Below are positions 10,344 to 21,833 of a stretch of 64,000 bases of DNA, piece after piece. The notes under the pieces are model-generated. The model did not search any database. It was not told the DNA's origin and was given only the letters and a program-made list of their open reading frames with translations. The DNA comes from Vicinamibacterales bacterium (lineage in GTDB: Bacteria; Acidobacteriota; Vicinamibacteria; Vicinamibacterales; UBA2999): positions 296-64,295 of the forward strand of contig JBFWXO010000027.1 of the NCBI GenBank assembly GCA_050187355.1. Direction: 5' to 3'. Position 1 is the stretch's first letter. Every line of letters begins with the position of its first letter. The position numbers and the translations under genes are program-made.

Positions 10344-10399
10344 TGGTCCCCGGTCCCTTGTCCCTGGTCCCTGGTCCCTAGTCCCTAGTCCCTAGTCCC
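10344..10399 (-). repeat. Tandem heptamer array x8, the reverse complement of the 10205 array (G-rich on the minus strand)
   Basis: Read directly: TGGTCCC, CGGTCCC, TTGTCCC, TGGTCCC x2, TAGTCCC x3. It ends 33 bp upstream of the plus-strand start at 10432. Confidence 0.95.
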
Positions 10400-10431
10400 T
10401 ACAGGTCACCAGACACTGCTATCCTGTCCCC

Positions 10432-10662
10432 ATGCCGCTGTACGAGTACCACTGTCAGGACTGCGACCACGACTTCGAACTGCTCGTGCGGGAGTCGACC
10501 AGGCTCGAGTGCCCGACGTGCCACGGCCAGAAGCTCGAGAAGCAGCTGTCGGTGTTCGCCGTCGGCGCGGAGGGCCGGACCGCCGCCGGGCGCGCTCCCG
10601 CGGCCGGCCCCAGTGGGTCCTGCGGGCACCCGGACGGCCCGGGCTCCTGCGCCGTTCACTAG
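10432..10662 (+). CDS. FmdB-family zinc-ribbon protein (CxxC...CxxC)
   Basis: MPLYEYHCQDCDHDFELLVRESTRLECPTCHGQKLEKQLS is the classic FmdB/CxxC_CxxC_SSSS N-terminus. Confidence 0.85.
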   Translation: MPLYEYHCQDCDHDFELLVRESTRLECPTCHGQKLEKQLSVFAVGAEGRTAAGRAPAAGPSGSCGHPDGPGSCAVH

Positions 10663-10684
10663 CGCGGTCCGCCTCGTCAGCTGC

Positions 10685-11302
10685 GTGACGGCCCTCCGCC
10701 TCGTCTGGCACGGTCTCGCCGTCGTCGGCGCGCTCTCCCTGGCCGCCGCGCTGTGGCTGGCCTCCCAGGGCGTGTCCGCCAGGCCCACGCCCGGCCGGTT
10801 CGAGACCCGCGTGGCGCGCGCGGCCCGTCACTGGCTCGTCCCCGCCGCCGCGCGGCACCGCATCAATCTGGAACCCGACACCGTCGAGGTGCTGGACACG
10901 GCGCGCGCGCACTGGGCCGACCACTGCGCCGGCTGCCACGCCAACGACGGGTCCGGCCGGACGGGATTGGGACAGGGCCTGTATCCCAAGGCGCCCGACA
11001 TGCGGCTGCCGGCCACGCAGGCCCTGAGCGACGGCGAGCTCTTCCACATCATCGAGCATGGCGTGAAGCTCACGGGCATGCCCGGCTGGGGCGACGGCAC
11101 GTCGGGCAGCGAGCGGGAGTCGTGGGGCCTGGTGCGGTTCATCCGGCACCTGCCCGCGATCACCGAGGCGGAGCTCGCGGAGATGGACGAGCTGAATCCG
11201 CGGTCGCGCGCCGAGTGGCTCGAACTGGAGGACGAGCGGCGGTTCCTGTCTGGTACACTCGACGTGCCCGGCGATCCGCACGGTGACGGGCATCGCCGGT
11301 AG
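10685..11302 (+). CDS. Membrane-anchored c-type cytochrome
   Basis: A CAGCH haem-binding motif is followed by GELFHIIEHGVKLTGMPGWG, which supplies the Met ligand region. It has an N-terminal TM anchor. The track start, GTG 10613, overlaps the upstream gene by 50 nt. I prefer the in-frame GTG at 10685 (VTALRLVWHGLAVVG...), but the start is uncertain. Confidence 0.75.
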   Translation: MTALRLVWHGLAVVGALSLAAALWLASQGVSARPTPGRFETRVARAARHWLVPAAARHRINLEPDTVEVLDTARAHWADHCAGCHANDGSGRTGLGQGLYPKAPDMRLPATQALSDGELFHIIEHGVKLTGMPGWGDGTSGSERESWGLVRFIRHLPAITEAELAEMDELNPRSRAEWLELEDERRFLSGTLDVPGDPHGDGHRR

Positions 11303-11321
11303 TGCTGGAGGCGCTCCCCCC

Positions 11322-11642
11322 ATGAACCGACGCGCGTTCGTCCTCGCCCTGGCCGCCGCGACGGCCCCGGCCGCCGCAGTCCTCGCTCACGAAGGCCACG
11401 ACCACAAGCTCGTCGGCCACCTCGCCGAGGCCGGCCCCGACACGATCGTCGTCAAGGCCGTCAAGGGCGGCGCCGTGTCGTCGGTGAAGCTGACGCCGGC
11501 CACGAAGATTACCAAGGGCCGGATGAAGATGGCCGCCACCGATCTGAAGGTCGGCGACCGCGTCGTCGTCAACGTCGGCAACGGCACGCCGCCGCTCGTC
11601 GCGAAGGCCGTGCAGATCGGGACCGCTGCCACGACCCGCTGA
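11322..11642 (+). CDS. Small exported protein with a His-rich mature N-terminus (HEGHDH) and an OB/DUF5666-like body
   Basis: In-frame ATG at 11322. The signal is MNRRAFVLALAAATAPAAAVLA and the mature end is HEGHDHK. The KVGDRVVV motif resembles DUF5666-type small beta proteins. Confidence 0.55.
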   Translation: MNRRAFVLALAAATAPAAAVLAHEGHDHKLVGHLAEAGPDTIVVKAVKGGAVSSVKLTPATKITKGRMKMAATDLKVGDRVVVNVGNGTPPLVAKAVQIGTAATTR

Positions 11643-11655
11643 ACGCCCCGCCGGC

Positions 11656-12549
11656 ATGCCGATTGCGACGTCGATCCTCTGCCCGGTGGACTTCTCTCCC
11701 GACGCCGAACGCGCGCTCCGCCACGCGGTGGCGCTCGCCGGCGGCCTGGGCGCCCGCCTCACGCTCCTGACGGTCAACGATCCGATCCTGGTAGCCGCCG
11801 TCACGGCGGCCGGACGACAGTCGTCGCTCCGCCACCAGGTCGAAACGGCCCTGGCCGAGACGCTGGACCGCCTGCCTGCGCATGCCCACCCCGTGGCGCC
11901 GGCCATCGACATCGCCACGGGCAGCCCTGCGTCGGAAATCCTCCACGCGGCCAGGCGCGCGGAGGCCGACCTCGTGGTGATCGGCACGCGGGGGCTCGGG
12001 CGGGCCCGGCAGCTGCTGTTCGGATCCACGACCGAGCGGGTCCTCCATGCAGCGGAGGTGCCCGTGCTCATCGTGCCCGACTACTCGCCCGAGCGGATGA
12101 GCGTCGAGCTCGGCGTCACGCGGTTTTCGGTGCACGGCGTCCTGGCCGCCGTGGGCCTCGACCCGACCGACGGCGCGGTCACGGCCTCAGCCGCGGCGTG
12201 GGCCGCCGCGACCGGCGCCGCCCTGACGCTGGCGCACGTCTGCCCGGACACGCCGGCGCCGGCGTGGTGGCCGTTTGCCGCGCGGCCCGACGGCGACGAC
12301 CGGCTCGATGCCGCGCTCGCGCAGATCGACGGCCTGGCCCAGGGCCTCGGGTCCGACGCCCCCGTGGGCCTGGAGGTCCGGCGCGGCAGCGTCGCGTCCG
12401 AACTCGTCGGGCTGACACGGGAGTGCGACGCCGGCCTGATCGTGATCTCGCGGGGCGCGGGCCGGCACCGGCTGGGCGCCACGGCGTACCGGGTGGCCGT
12501 GGACGCGCACGTGCCGACGCTGGTCGTGTCCACCGCGCACGCCGCCTGA
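11656..12549 (+). CDS. Universal stress protein with tandem Usp domains
   Basis: 297 aa. Supporting segments are ILCPVDFSPDAERALRHAV and DLVVIGTRGLGRARQLLFGSTTERVLHAAEVPVLIV. A second half has the same pattern (GLIVISRGAG...VPTLVV). Confidence 0.85.
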   Translation: MPIATSILCPVDFSPDAERALRHAVALAGGLGARLTLLTVNDPILVAAVTAAGRQSSLRHQVETALAETLDRLPAHAHPVAPAIDIATGSPASEILHAARRAEADLVVIGTRGLGRARQLLFGSTTERVLHAAEVPVLIVPDYSPERMSVELGVTRFSVHGVLAAVGLDPTDGAVTASAAAWAAATGAALTLAHVCPDTPAPAWWPFAARPDGDDRLDAALAQIDGLAQGLGSDAPVGLEVRRGSVASELVGLTRECDAGLIVISRGAGRHRLGATAYRVAVDAHVPTLVVSTAHAA

Positions 12550-12571
12550 GCGCCGCGCCGGCGCGCCCCCG

Positions 12572-14284
12572 TCAGTACGCGCTCGTGAGGGCGGCGGCCG
12601 AGGTGAAGTGCGGCGCGATGTCCACGGGCACGTCGGCCAGCTTGTCGAGCACGGCCTTCGTGTTCGGACGGATCACGCCGAGCGTCTCGAGCATCCCCTT
12701 CGCCTTCGCGTAGTCGCCCTCGGCCTGCAGCGTCATGAACTCGCGCGTGAGCGACACGACGGCGTCACGGATCTTCGACGCGTCCACGGCGAAGGTGCCG
12801 TCGGGATTCACGGTGAACGCGCCCTGATCGAGCAGGTAGTTCAGCTGCACCGCCTGGCCGCGCCCGTGGGCCTCGGTGATGCCGAAGCGGACGGAGCGGA
12901 AGGCCGAGGCGAGGAACGTCGTGTACATCGTCCGCTCGAAGTCCTTCGGCAGCTGGCCCTTGTCCACGAGGAACTGCAGCGCGAACAGGCCCGAGATGTC
13001 CGCCTTGGCCTCCTCGATGGCGCTGTAGGTCTCCTTGAGCTCCTGGCGCACGGTGGTGGCGCGGCCGTTCACGGTGATGCCGTGCGGCCCCAGGCCGTGC
13101 ATCAGCTCGTGCATGAGGATGTGGGTGAAGAAGGCGTCGAAGGCGACGTTGGCACGATCGGCCTCGGCGAGGGCGATCCGGGAGATGGGCACCAGCACCT
13201 TGTCGAACTTCGCCTGCTGGTTGTTCTTGAGCATGATCCGCTTGCTGCCCTTCTCGCGGATGACCCGCTCGTCGTTGGGCAGGTTGAAGGCCGCCGTCTG
13301 GACGCCGCGATTGCCGTCGCCGGACGAGAACACGGTGTTGACGACGGCGATGGGGGCCATCGCGCCGAGGGCGGGGTTCCGGTACTTCGGGTCGATCGGC
13401 AGGTTGTTCTCGATCTCCTGGAGCGCCCCCGCGAACTGCTGCAGCTTCGCGGACTCCGCCTGGTCCTTCACCGTGATGAAGGCCTCGAACGCCGCCTTGT
13501 AGTTGAACCACTCGTCCTCGTAGACCTCGTAGGGGCCGATGGTCGGCTCGATGGAGGCGTCGAGCTCCATCCACCGGACGTCGCTCTCGTAGTAGTCGTT
13601 CGACAGGAACGCGGCGGCGCGGGCCTCGAGGAAGGCCTTGAGCGTGGGCTGCGTGGTGGCCGCCGCGGCCTCACGCAGGTGCGCGGCCGCCAGCGCGAGC
13701 TCGCTCTGGTACTCCACGTTGTAGGGCACGGCCACGAGCTGACCGGCGCCTCCGCGGCGGATCGTGGTGAAGAAGCCCGTCGCCGCCTGGCGGGCCGGCC
13801 CCGACAGCGACGCAATCCACCGCTCGACCTCCTCCTTCGTCGCGTCGGCGGGATAGTAGTTCGCGGCCGCGGGCTTCTCCGGCGCGCCCGGCACGAACGC
13901 CTCGTTGTGATCGATCCGCGACCACGGCCCCTTGTTCAGCCAGAAGTACGCGAGCCGGGCACGGCCGAGCGGCGACGTGTCGGCCACGAGCGTCGTCAGC
14001 AGGGCCTCGTTGCCGGCCCAGACCTGGCGGAGGAAGAGCGCGTCCATGACCTGGGCCGCCCGGATCATGTGCGCCAGGGCCCGGCGCTCGGTGTCGGGCA
14101 GACCGGAGACGTCGGCCGACAGGTCCGTGGGCGCGAAGCGCGCCGACTTGGCCTCGAGCGCAGTCATGGCCGGATCGCTGCGCTCGGGCACGGCGGCAGG
14201 CGGCGGGGGCGGCGGGCCTCCGCATGCCGTGGCGACGACGAACGGAGCGAGAACGAAGCACAGGCGATGGCGAGGATTGGACAT
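12572..14284 (-). CDS. DPP III (M49)-related zinc hydrolase, lipoprotein
   Basis: 570 aa with a lipobox (FVVATAC). An HELMHGLGPH zinc motif is followed by EEAKAD. The overall layout resembles the bacterial dipeptidyl-peptidase 3 family and the Nudix-hydrolase-3 C-terminal-like family. Confidence 0.65.
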   Translation of the reverse strand: MSNPRHRLCFVLAPFVVATACGGPPPPPPAAVPERSDPAMTALEAKSARFAPTDLSADVSGLPDTERRALAHMIRAAQVMDALFLRQVWAGNEALLTTLVADTSPLGRARLAYFWLNKGPWSRIDHNEAFVPGAPEKPAAANYYPADATKEEVERWIASLSGPARQAATGFFTTIRRGGAGQLVAVPYNVEYQSELALAAAHLREAAAATTQPTLKAFLEARAAAFLSNDYYESDVRWMELDASIEPTIGPYEVYEDEWFNYKAAFEAFITVKDQAESAKLQQFAGALQEIENNLPIDPKYRNPALGAMAPIAVVNTVFSSGDGNRGVQTAAFNLPNDERVIREKGSKRIMLKNNQQAKFDKVLVPISRIALAEADRANVAFDAFFTHILMHELMHGLGPHGITVNGRATTVRQELKETYSAIEEAKADISGLFALQFLVDKGQLPKDFERTMYTTFLASAFRSVRFGITEAHGRGQAVQLNYLLDQGAFTVNPDGTFAVDASKIRDAVVSLTREFMTLQAEGDYAKAKGMLETLGVIRPNTKAVLDKLADVPVDIAPHFTSAAALTSAY

Positions 14285-14317
14285 GAGAGAACGCGTGCAG
14301 GACGAGCCTGCCTGGAA

Positions 14318-14872
14318 TCAGTGGACACCGGACACGCCGAGCAGATGGCCCGGATCGGCACCGAGCCGCTCGATGGCCCGATCCCACATCTCATCGGGCG
14401 CGCCGAAGATCAGATCCGCCCCGACCGGCACGAGCAGCCACGACGACTGCGCGAGCTCGGCGTCGAGTTGCCCCGCCGACCAGCCCGCGTAGCCGATCCC
14501 GACCCGGATGTCGGCGGACGGCGGCGACTGCAGGGCGGCGCAGAGCGCCCCGAGCGAGCGGGTCAGGTAGACCCCGTCGGCGATCTCGGTGGCATCGCTG
14601 TCGAGAGTGGCCCGCGAGGTCAGCACCCAGGCGAAGCGCGGGTCCACCGGGCCGCCCGTGAACAGGTACACGTCGTCGCGTATCTCGACCGTGGGCACCG
14701 TCTCGACTACCTCGTTGGCCGGCTGCGCCATGGGCCGGTTCACCACCAGCCCGAAGGCCCCCTCGGGGCCGTACGCGCACAACAGGACGACGGCCTTCGA
14801 GAAGTTGGGGTCGTCGAGCTGCGGCATCGAGATGAGCATCATGGGGGCGAGGGCCGATGCGTCATCACTCAT
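14318..14872 (-). CDS. YqgE/AlgH family protein (UPF0301)
   Basis: The family signature is MLISMPQLDDPNFSKAVVLLCAYGPEGAFGLVVNRP together with IGYAGWSAGQLDAEL. Confidence 0.85.
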   Translation of the reverse strand: MSDDASALAPMMLISMPQLDDPNFSKAVVLLCAYGPEGAFGLVVNRPMAQPANEVVETVPTVEIRDDVYLFTGGPVDPRFAWVLTSRATLDSDATEIADGVYLTRSLGALCAALQSPPSADIRVGIGYAGWSAGQLDAELAQSSWLLVPVGADLIFGAPDEMWDRAIERLGADPGHLLGVSGVH

Positions 14873-14958
14873 GCCCCCATCCTACCCCCAACGCCGGCCG
14901 GGGCGCGCCCCCGCGCGAGGGCGCGCCGTTCCGCACGGACTCCGGCTATGCTGCCGCC

Positions 14959-17016
14959 ATGACGACCCGTCTCCTCGCCACGCTCACCGCGGTGGCCCTC
15001 CTGACCGGTAGCGCCGACGCGCGCCGGGCCGGCCGTCCGCTGACCCTGGACGACTACTCGCGGGTCGTGTCGCTCGGCGACCCCCAGCGATCGCCGGACG
15101 GCGTGTGGGTGGCCTACACCGTGACGACCATCGACGCGGTGAAGGACTCGCGCAATACGGATGTCTGGATGGCGCGCTGGGACGGATCGGCTCAGCGGCA
15201 GCTCACCTCGTCCCCCGACAACGAGACCTCGCCGCGGTGGAGCCCCGACGGCCGCTCCCTCGCGTTCCTGTCGGCCCGGGGCACCGACGAGGAGAAGAAG
15301 GCGGGAGCCCAGCTGTGGCTGCTGCCGCGAGAAGGCGGCGAGGCCGTGAAGGTCAGCGACGTGAAGGGCGGGCTCGGCGACATCCAGTGGTCGCCCGACG
15401 GCACGCGCCTGGCGTTCGTCGTGACCGACGTCAACCCGGCCGACGAGCCGGAGACCCTGGAAGGCTGGAAGCGCAAGACGAAGCCCCCGATCGTCATCGA
15501 TCGCTATCGTTTCAAGCGGGACCGCGCCGGCTATCTCACCCGACAGTACTCACATCTCGCGGTCTTCGATCTGGCGACGCGGTCGGCCACGACGCTGACG
15601 TCCGGGCAGGTGGACGACGAACGCCCGGCGTGGTCGCCCGACGGCACGCGCATCGCCTTCCTCAGCAAACGTGCGCACGAGGATCCGGACCGGACGACGA
15701 ACACCGACGTCTGGGTGGTGGACGCGACGCCCGGCGCGACGCCGCGGCAGCTGACGGCCACGCCGGAGGCGGAGAGCGGCCGGCCCGTCTGGAGCCCCGA
15801 TGGCTCCCGCCTGGCCGTCCTCGTCGGCGACACCGACGTCAACGGCGCCTACGACATGAACAAGCTCGCCGTCCTCCCGGCCAACGCCCCCGGCCCGGCG
15901 GTGCCCAAGCGCCTCACCCCGACGCTGGACCGCGCGGTGTCCTCCCCCTCGTGGTCCACCGACGGGCAGCGGCTCACGGTGCTGGTCGAGGACGACATGG
16001 CACAGTACGCGGCGACGATCCCGGCCGACGGCGGCCAGCCCCGACGCCTGACGGCCGACCCGCTCGTCGCGACGGCCCTGAGCCCCGCCGCGACCCCCGA
16101 CGGCGGCCATGCGGCCATCATGAGCGGTTCCAGCTCGCTGCCGGAGCTCTGGGCGCTCGATGGCTCGGGCGCACCTCGGAGGCTCACGCATCACAACGAG
16201 GCGTTGCAGGCCGAGCTCACGCTCTCGACGAGCGAGCGGCTGACGTCCAGGAGCACGGACGGCACCGAAGTGCACAGCCTTCTCACGAAGCCGCTGGGCT
16301 ACGTGGCCGGTCGGCGCTACCCGCTCGTGCTCTACATCCACGGCGGCCCGAACGGGCAGGACGACGAGAGCTTCGTCTTCGGCCATCAGTGGCTGGCGGC
16401 AAACGGCTACGCCGTCCTCTCGCCGAACTACCGCGGGAGCGCCGGCCGCGGCGAGGCGTTCCAGAAGGCCATCCGCCAGGACTGGGGCCACCTGGAAGTG
16501 GTGGACCTGCTCGGCGCGGTGGACGAGGCGGTGAAGCAGGGCATCGCCGACCCGAATCGGCTCGGCATCGGCGGCTGGAGCTACGGCGGCATCTCCACGA
16601 ACTACACGATCGCCACCGACCCGCGCTTCAAGGCCGCCGTCAGCGGCGCCAGCAGCTCGATGCAGTTCTCGATGTACGGGTTGGACCAGTACATCGTGCA
16701 GTACGACACCGAGATGGGCCAGCCGTGGAAGGCGAAGGACGTGTGGACGAAGGTGTCGTATCCGTTCTTCCATGCGGACCGGATCAGGACGCCCACGCTG
16801 TTCATGGGCGGCGAGAGGGACTTCAACGTCCCCATCGCGGGCGTGGAGCAGATGTACCAGGCCCTCAGGAGCCTGGGCGTCGAGACCCAGCTCGTGATCT
16901 ACCCCGGCCAGTTCCACGGACTGACGATGCCCAGCTACGAGCGCGACCGGCTGCGTCGCTACGTCGACTGGTACAACAAGTACCTGCAGCCGCCGTCGGG
17001 CACGGGAGCGCGGTAG
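14959..17016 (+). CDS. S9 family serine peptidase (prolyl oligopeptidase / acylaminoacyl peptidase-like) with an N-terminal beta-propeller
   Basis: In-frame ATG at 14959 with signal peptide MTTRLLATLTAVALLTGSADA. WSPDG repeats indicate a TolB-like propeller. The catalytic segment is GIGGWSYGG. The HGGP and FHG motifs also fit. Confidence 0.85.
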   Translation: MTTRLLATLTAVALLTGSADARRAGRPLTLDDYSRVVSLGDPQRSPDGVWVAYTVTTIDAVKDSRNTDVWMARWDGSAQRQLTSSPDNETSPRWSPDGRSLAFLSARGTDEEKKAGAQLWLLPREGGEAVKVSDVKGGLGDIQWSPDGTRLAFVVTDVNPADEPETLEGWKRKTKPPIVIDRYRFKRDRAGYLTRQYSHLAVFDLATRSATTLTSGQVDDERPAWSPDGTRIAFLSKRAHEDPDRTTNTDVWVVDATPGATPRQLTATPEAESGRPVWSPDGSRLAVLVGDTDVNGAYDMNKLAVLPANAPGPAVPKRLTPTLDRAVSSPSWSTDGQRLTVLVEDDMAQYAATIPADGGQPRRLTADPLVATALSPAATPDGGHAAIMSGSSSLPELWALDGSGAPRRLTHHNEALQAELTLSTSERLTSRSTDGTEVHSLLTKPLGYVAGRRYPLVLYIHGGPNGQDDESFVFGHQWLAANGYAVLSPNYRGSAGRGEAFQKAIRQDWGHLEVVDLLGAVDEAVKQGIADPNRLGIGGWSYGGISTNYTIATDPRFKAAVSGASSSMQFSMYGLDQYIVQYDTEMGQPWKAKDVWTKVSYPFFHADRIRTPTLFMGGERDFNVPIAGVEQMYQALRSLGVETQLVIYPGQFHGLTMPSYERDRLRRYVDWYNKYLQPPSGTGAR

Positions 17017-17019
17017 GCC

Positions 17020-18066
17020 TCACCGCCCTCGCCGACGGCGGCGGGCCCAGTCGACGGCATCGGCGACGGCCGGGGCCTGCGCGCTGAAGGCGGCGTTCCT
17101 CACGCCGCCGCCGGCACGGTCGAGCGCGTTCAGGGCCCGCGGCTCGTCCGCGACGCCGAGTGCCAGCGCGAGATTCCGGCGCAACCGGGCCATGGGTGCG
17201 TGCGTCAATGCACTCCCGGCCACGAAGTCGTGCAGGCGATCGTCGGGACGCTGCCACAGCTCGGCGGGGTCCGGCGCCTCGCGCGCCGCGCGGGGCTGCC
17301 ACGCCTCGTCACGGGTGACCGCCGGCGCCAGGTTGTACGGGCAGACGTCCTGGCAGATGTCGCAGCCGAAGAGATGCCCGGCGGCATCCGCCTTCTCCGC
17401 CTCGGTCAGCACGCCGTCCTTCTCGATGGTCAGGTAGCTGATGCAGCTCCGGGCGTCCACCTCGCGTTCGGCCACGATCGCCCCGGTGGGACACGCATCG
17501 AGACAGAGCGTGCACGCCCCGCACTGGTCGGCCTGCGGATCGTCCGGGGGCAGCGGCAGCGTGGTGACGACGCCCGACAGCAGCAGCCACGAGCCGAGGT
17601 CCCTGTTCAGGAGCAGCGAGTGCTTGCCGATCCACCCGAGCCCCGCGTACGCGGCGAGGACCCGCTCCTGCACCCAGTGCTTGTCGACGAAGGCGGCGGC
17701 CTCGAACGGCGCCTCCGCCACGCTGCGCATCCAGGCCAGGAGTTCGTCGAGCCGCTCCTGCAGGACGACGTGGTAGTCCCGGCCGCGCGCGTACCGCGCG
17801 ACGGTCGCGGCCGGGGCGGGCACCGGATCGGCGCCCGTGCAGTAGTTCGTCGCGGTGACGACGACCGACCGCGCGCCAGGCAGGAACCGCTGCAGGTCGG
17901 CACGAACATCGGCGGACCGCTCGAGGTAGACCATCTCGCCCTGATGGCCGCGCGCGATCCACGCGTGGATGCGCCCCAGCTCCGGCATCCCCGTGGCCGG
18001 CGCGATGCCGCACAGGTCGAACCCGATCTCTCGCGCGCGCGCCTTGATGGCCGACGGCGTCAGCAT
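17020..18066 (-). CDS. queG: Epoxyqueuosine reductase
   Basis: The N-terminus reads ARAREIGFDLCGIA. Two ferredoxin-type clusters are present (CGACTLCLDACPTGAI and FGCDICQDVCPYN). CISYLTIE also fits. I placed the start at the internal ATG 18066 (MLTPSAIK). Confidence 0.85.
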   Translation of the reverse strand: MLTPSAIKARAREIGFDLCGIAPATGMPELGRIHAWIARGHQGEMVYLERSADVRADLQRFLPGARSVVVTATNYCTGADPVPAPAATVARYARGRDYHVVLQERLDELLAWMRSVAEAPFEAAAFVDKHWVQERVLAAYAGLGWIGKHSLLLNRDLGSWLLLSGVVTTLPLPPDDPQADQCGACTLCLDACPTGAIVAEREVDARSCISYLTIEKDGVLTEAEKADAAGHLFGCDICQDVCPYNLAPAVTRDEAWQPRAAREAPDPAELWQRPDDRLHDFVAGSALTHAPMARLRRNLALALGVADEPRALNALDRAGGGVRNAAFSAQAPAVADAVDWARRRRRGR

Positions 18067-18165
18067 GAGCCGGTCCTGCGGCGCGCAGGCGGCACGCACG
18101 CGAGCCCGCCGGAGCCGCCAGGCACCCGCCTGCCGGCTCCTCGACCTGCCGTCATGGCATGCGCG

Positions 18166-20844
<2,679 letters not shown>

Positions 20845-20894
20845 GATCCGCTCGATTGTACCAGGGCGGCGGCCGGACGGCGCCGCCCGCGCGC

Positions 20895-21833
20895 CTACCG
20901 GCCGGGCTTCTTCAGGAGCGCCGGCGAGACGCGCGCGCCCAGCGCCGTCGCCCCGGCCACCTGCGTGAAATGGGCGTAGATGGCGCCCGAGATCCGGCGG
21001 AGCGCGTCGTCCGGATCGCCGCTGCCGAACGTGACCATGATCGAGACGGCATACGGCGCGCCCTCGAGCGTGACGAGCCCCCAGGCCGTGCTGACGCCGT
21101 CCAGAGACCCGGGCTTCCAGGCGACGGGCACGGCGGCTGGAATCGGATCCCGGAAGGCGCCGCCCTTCGGCAGTTCGAGGAGCCGCACGACCTCGGCGCA
21201 GGAGGCGGCGGAGAGGGGCACGTCGCACCGCGACAGCCGCGCCATGAGGTCGGCGGCCTCCCGCGGCGTGGAGATGTTCTCGTTCCCCTTCACCTGCTCG
21301 TCCTGCCGGATCATCTTGCGCCGGAGCCTGGTGTTCGACAGGCCCAGGCCCGCCATCGTCGCGGTCACCTTGTCCATGCCCACCCGGTCGATGAGCATGT
21401 TCGTGGCCGTGTTGTCGGAGAGCACGACCATGGGCACGGCGAGGTCGTGCAGCGACAGGGCCGACCCGCCGTCGGAGAAGTATTGCAGCAGGCTGCTGCC
21501 GCCGGTGCGGTCCGCGGCGGTCAGCGTGACCCGGTCGGTGAGCGACAGCGCCTTGGCGTCGGCCTGACGGAAGAGCTCCAGGAGCAGGGACACCTTGATG
21601 GCACTCCCCTGCGGGAACACGGTCGTCCCGTTGACGTCCCAGCGACGCCCGCTGGTGAGGTCCACGACGCTGATGCCGACCACGCCTGGCGCCGCCTCGG
21701 CGAGCCCGTCCAGCTGGCGCTGGAACTTGGCCGCGAGCTGGTCGACGAGCGGCGGCTGGGCCGCCGCCCCTCCCTCGGGAGCGACCGCCGCGAGGCCCGC
21801 GATCAGGAGCGCCGCGCCGAGTCGGGCGGTCAT
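20895..21833 (-). CDS. Class-A beta-lactamase-like serine hydrolase, exported
   Basis: Start ATG 21833 ([17 protein letters not shown]) overlaps the upstream stop (ATGA). Motifs are SAIK (SxxK), SDN and KPG (the KT/SG position). The substrate is unknown. Confidence 0.7.
   Translation of the reverse strand: MTARLGAALLIAGLAAVAPEGGAAAQPPLVDQLAAKFQRQLDGLAEAAPGVVGISVVDLTSGRRWDVNGTTVFPQGSAIKVSLLLELFRQADAKALSLTDRVTLTAADRTGGSSLLQYFSDGGSALSLHDLAVPMVVLSDNTATNMLIDRVGMDKVTATMAGLGLSNTRLRRKMIRQDEQVKGNENISTPREAADLMARLSRCDVPLSAASCAEVVRLLELPKGGAFRDPIPAAVPVAWKPGSLDGVSTAWGLVTLEGAPYAVSIMVTFGSGDPDDALRRISGAIYAHFTQVAGATALGARVSPALLKKPGR

Noticed and set aside
10205-10399. Heptamer arrays considered as a CRISPR array or as coding Pro-Gly repeats. 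ORFs 9496..10305 and 9902..10381 read through them as ...VPGPWSLVP...
   Set aside because: The unit is 7 bp with no spacers, so this is not a CRISPR array. The ORFs that cross the arrays are antisense shadows of the adh gene or lack any start context. The arrays lie between two well-defined divergent start codons.
20845-21228. N-terminal extensions offered by the track: acnA up to 21228, PQQ dehydrogenase up to 2511, queG up to 18099 and the MFP up to 51636
   Set aside because: The extensions are Arg-rich, overlap neighbouring genes or promoters, and precede internal ATGs that align with the canonical N-termini of the families. The shorter starts were chosen. The PQQ dehydrogenase start remains uncertain.
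20895-21833. Class-A beta-lactamase-like gene as an antibiotic-resistance determinant
   Set aside because: SxxK and SDN are present. However, the third motif is KPG rather than KT/SG, and the omega-loop Glu cannot be placed with confidence. The operon context is peptidases. I call it only a serine hydrolase of that fold.
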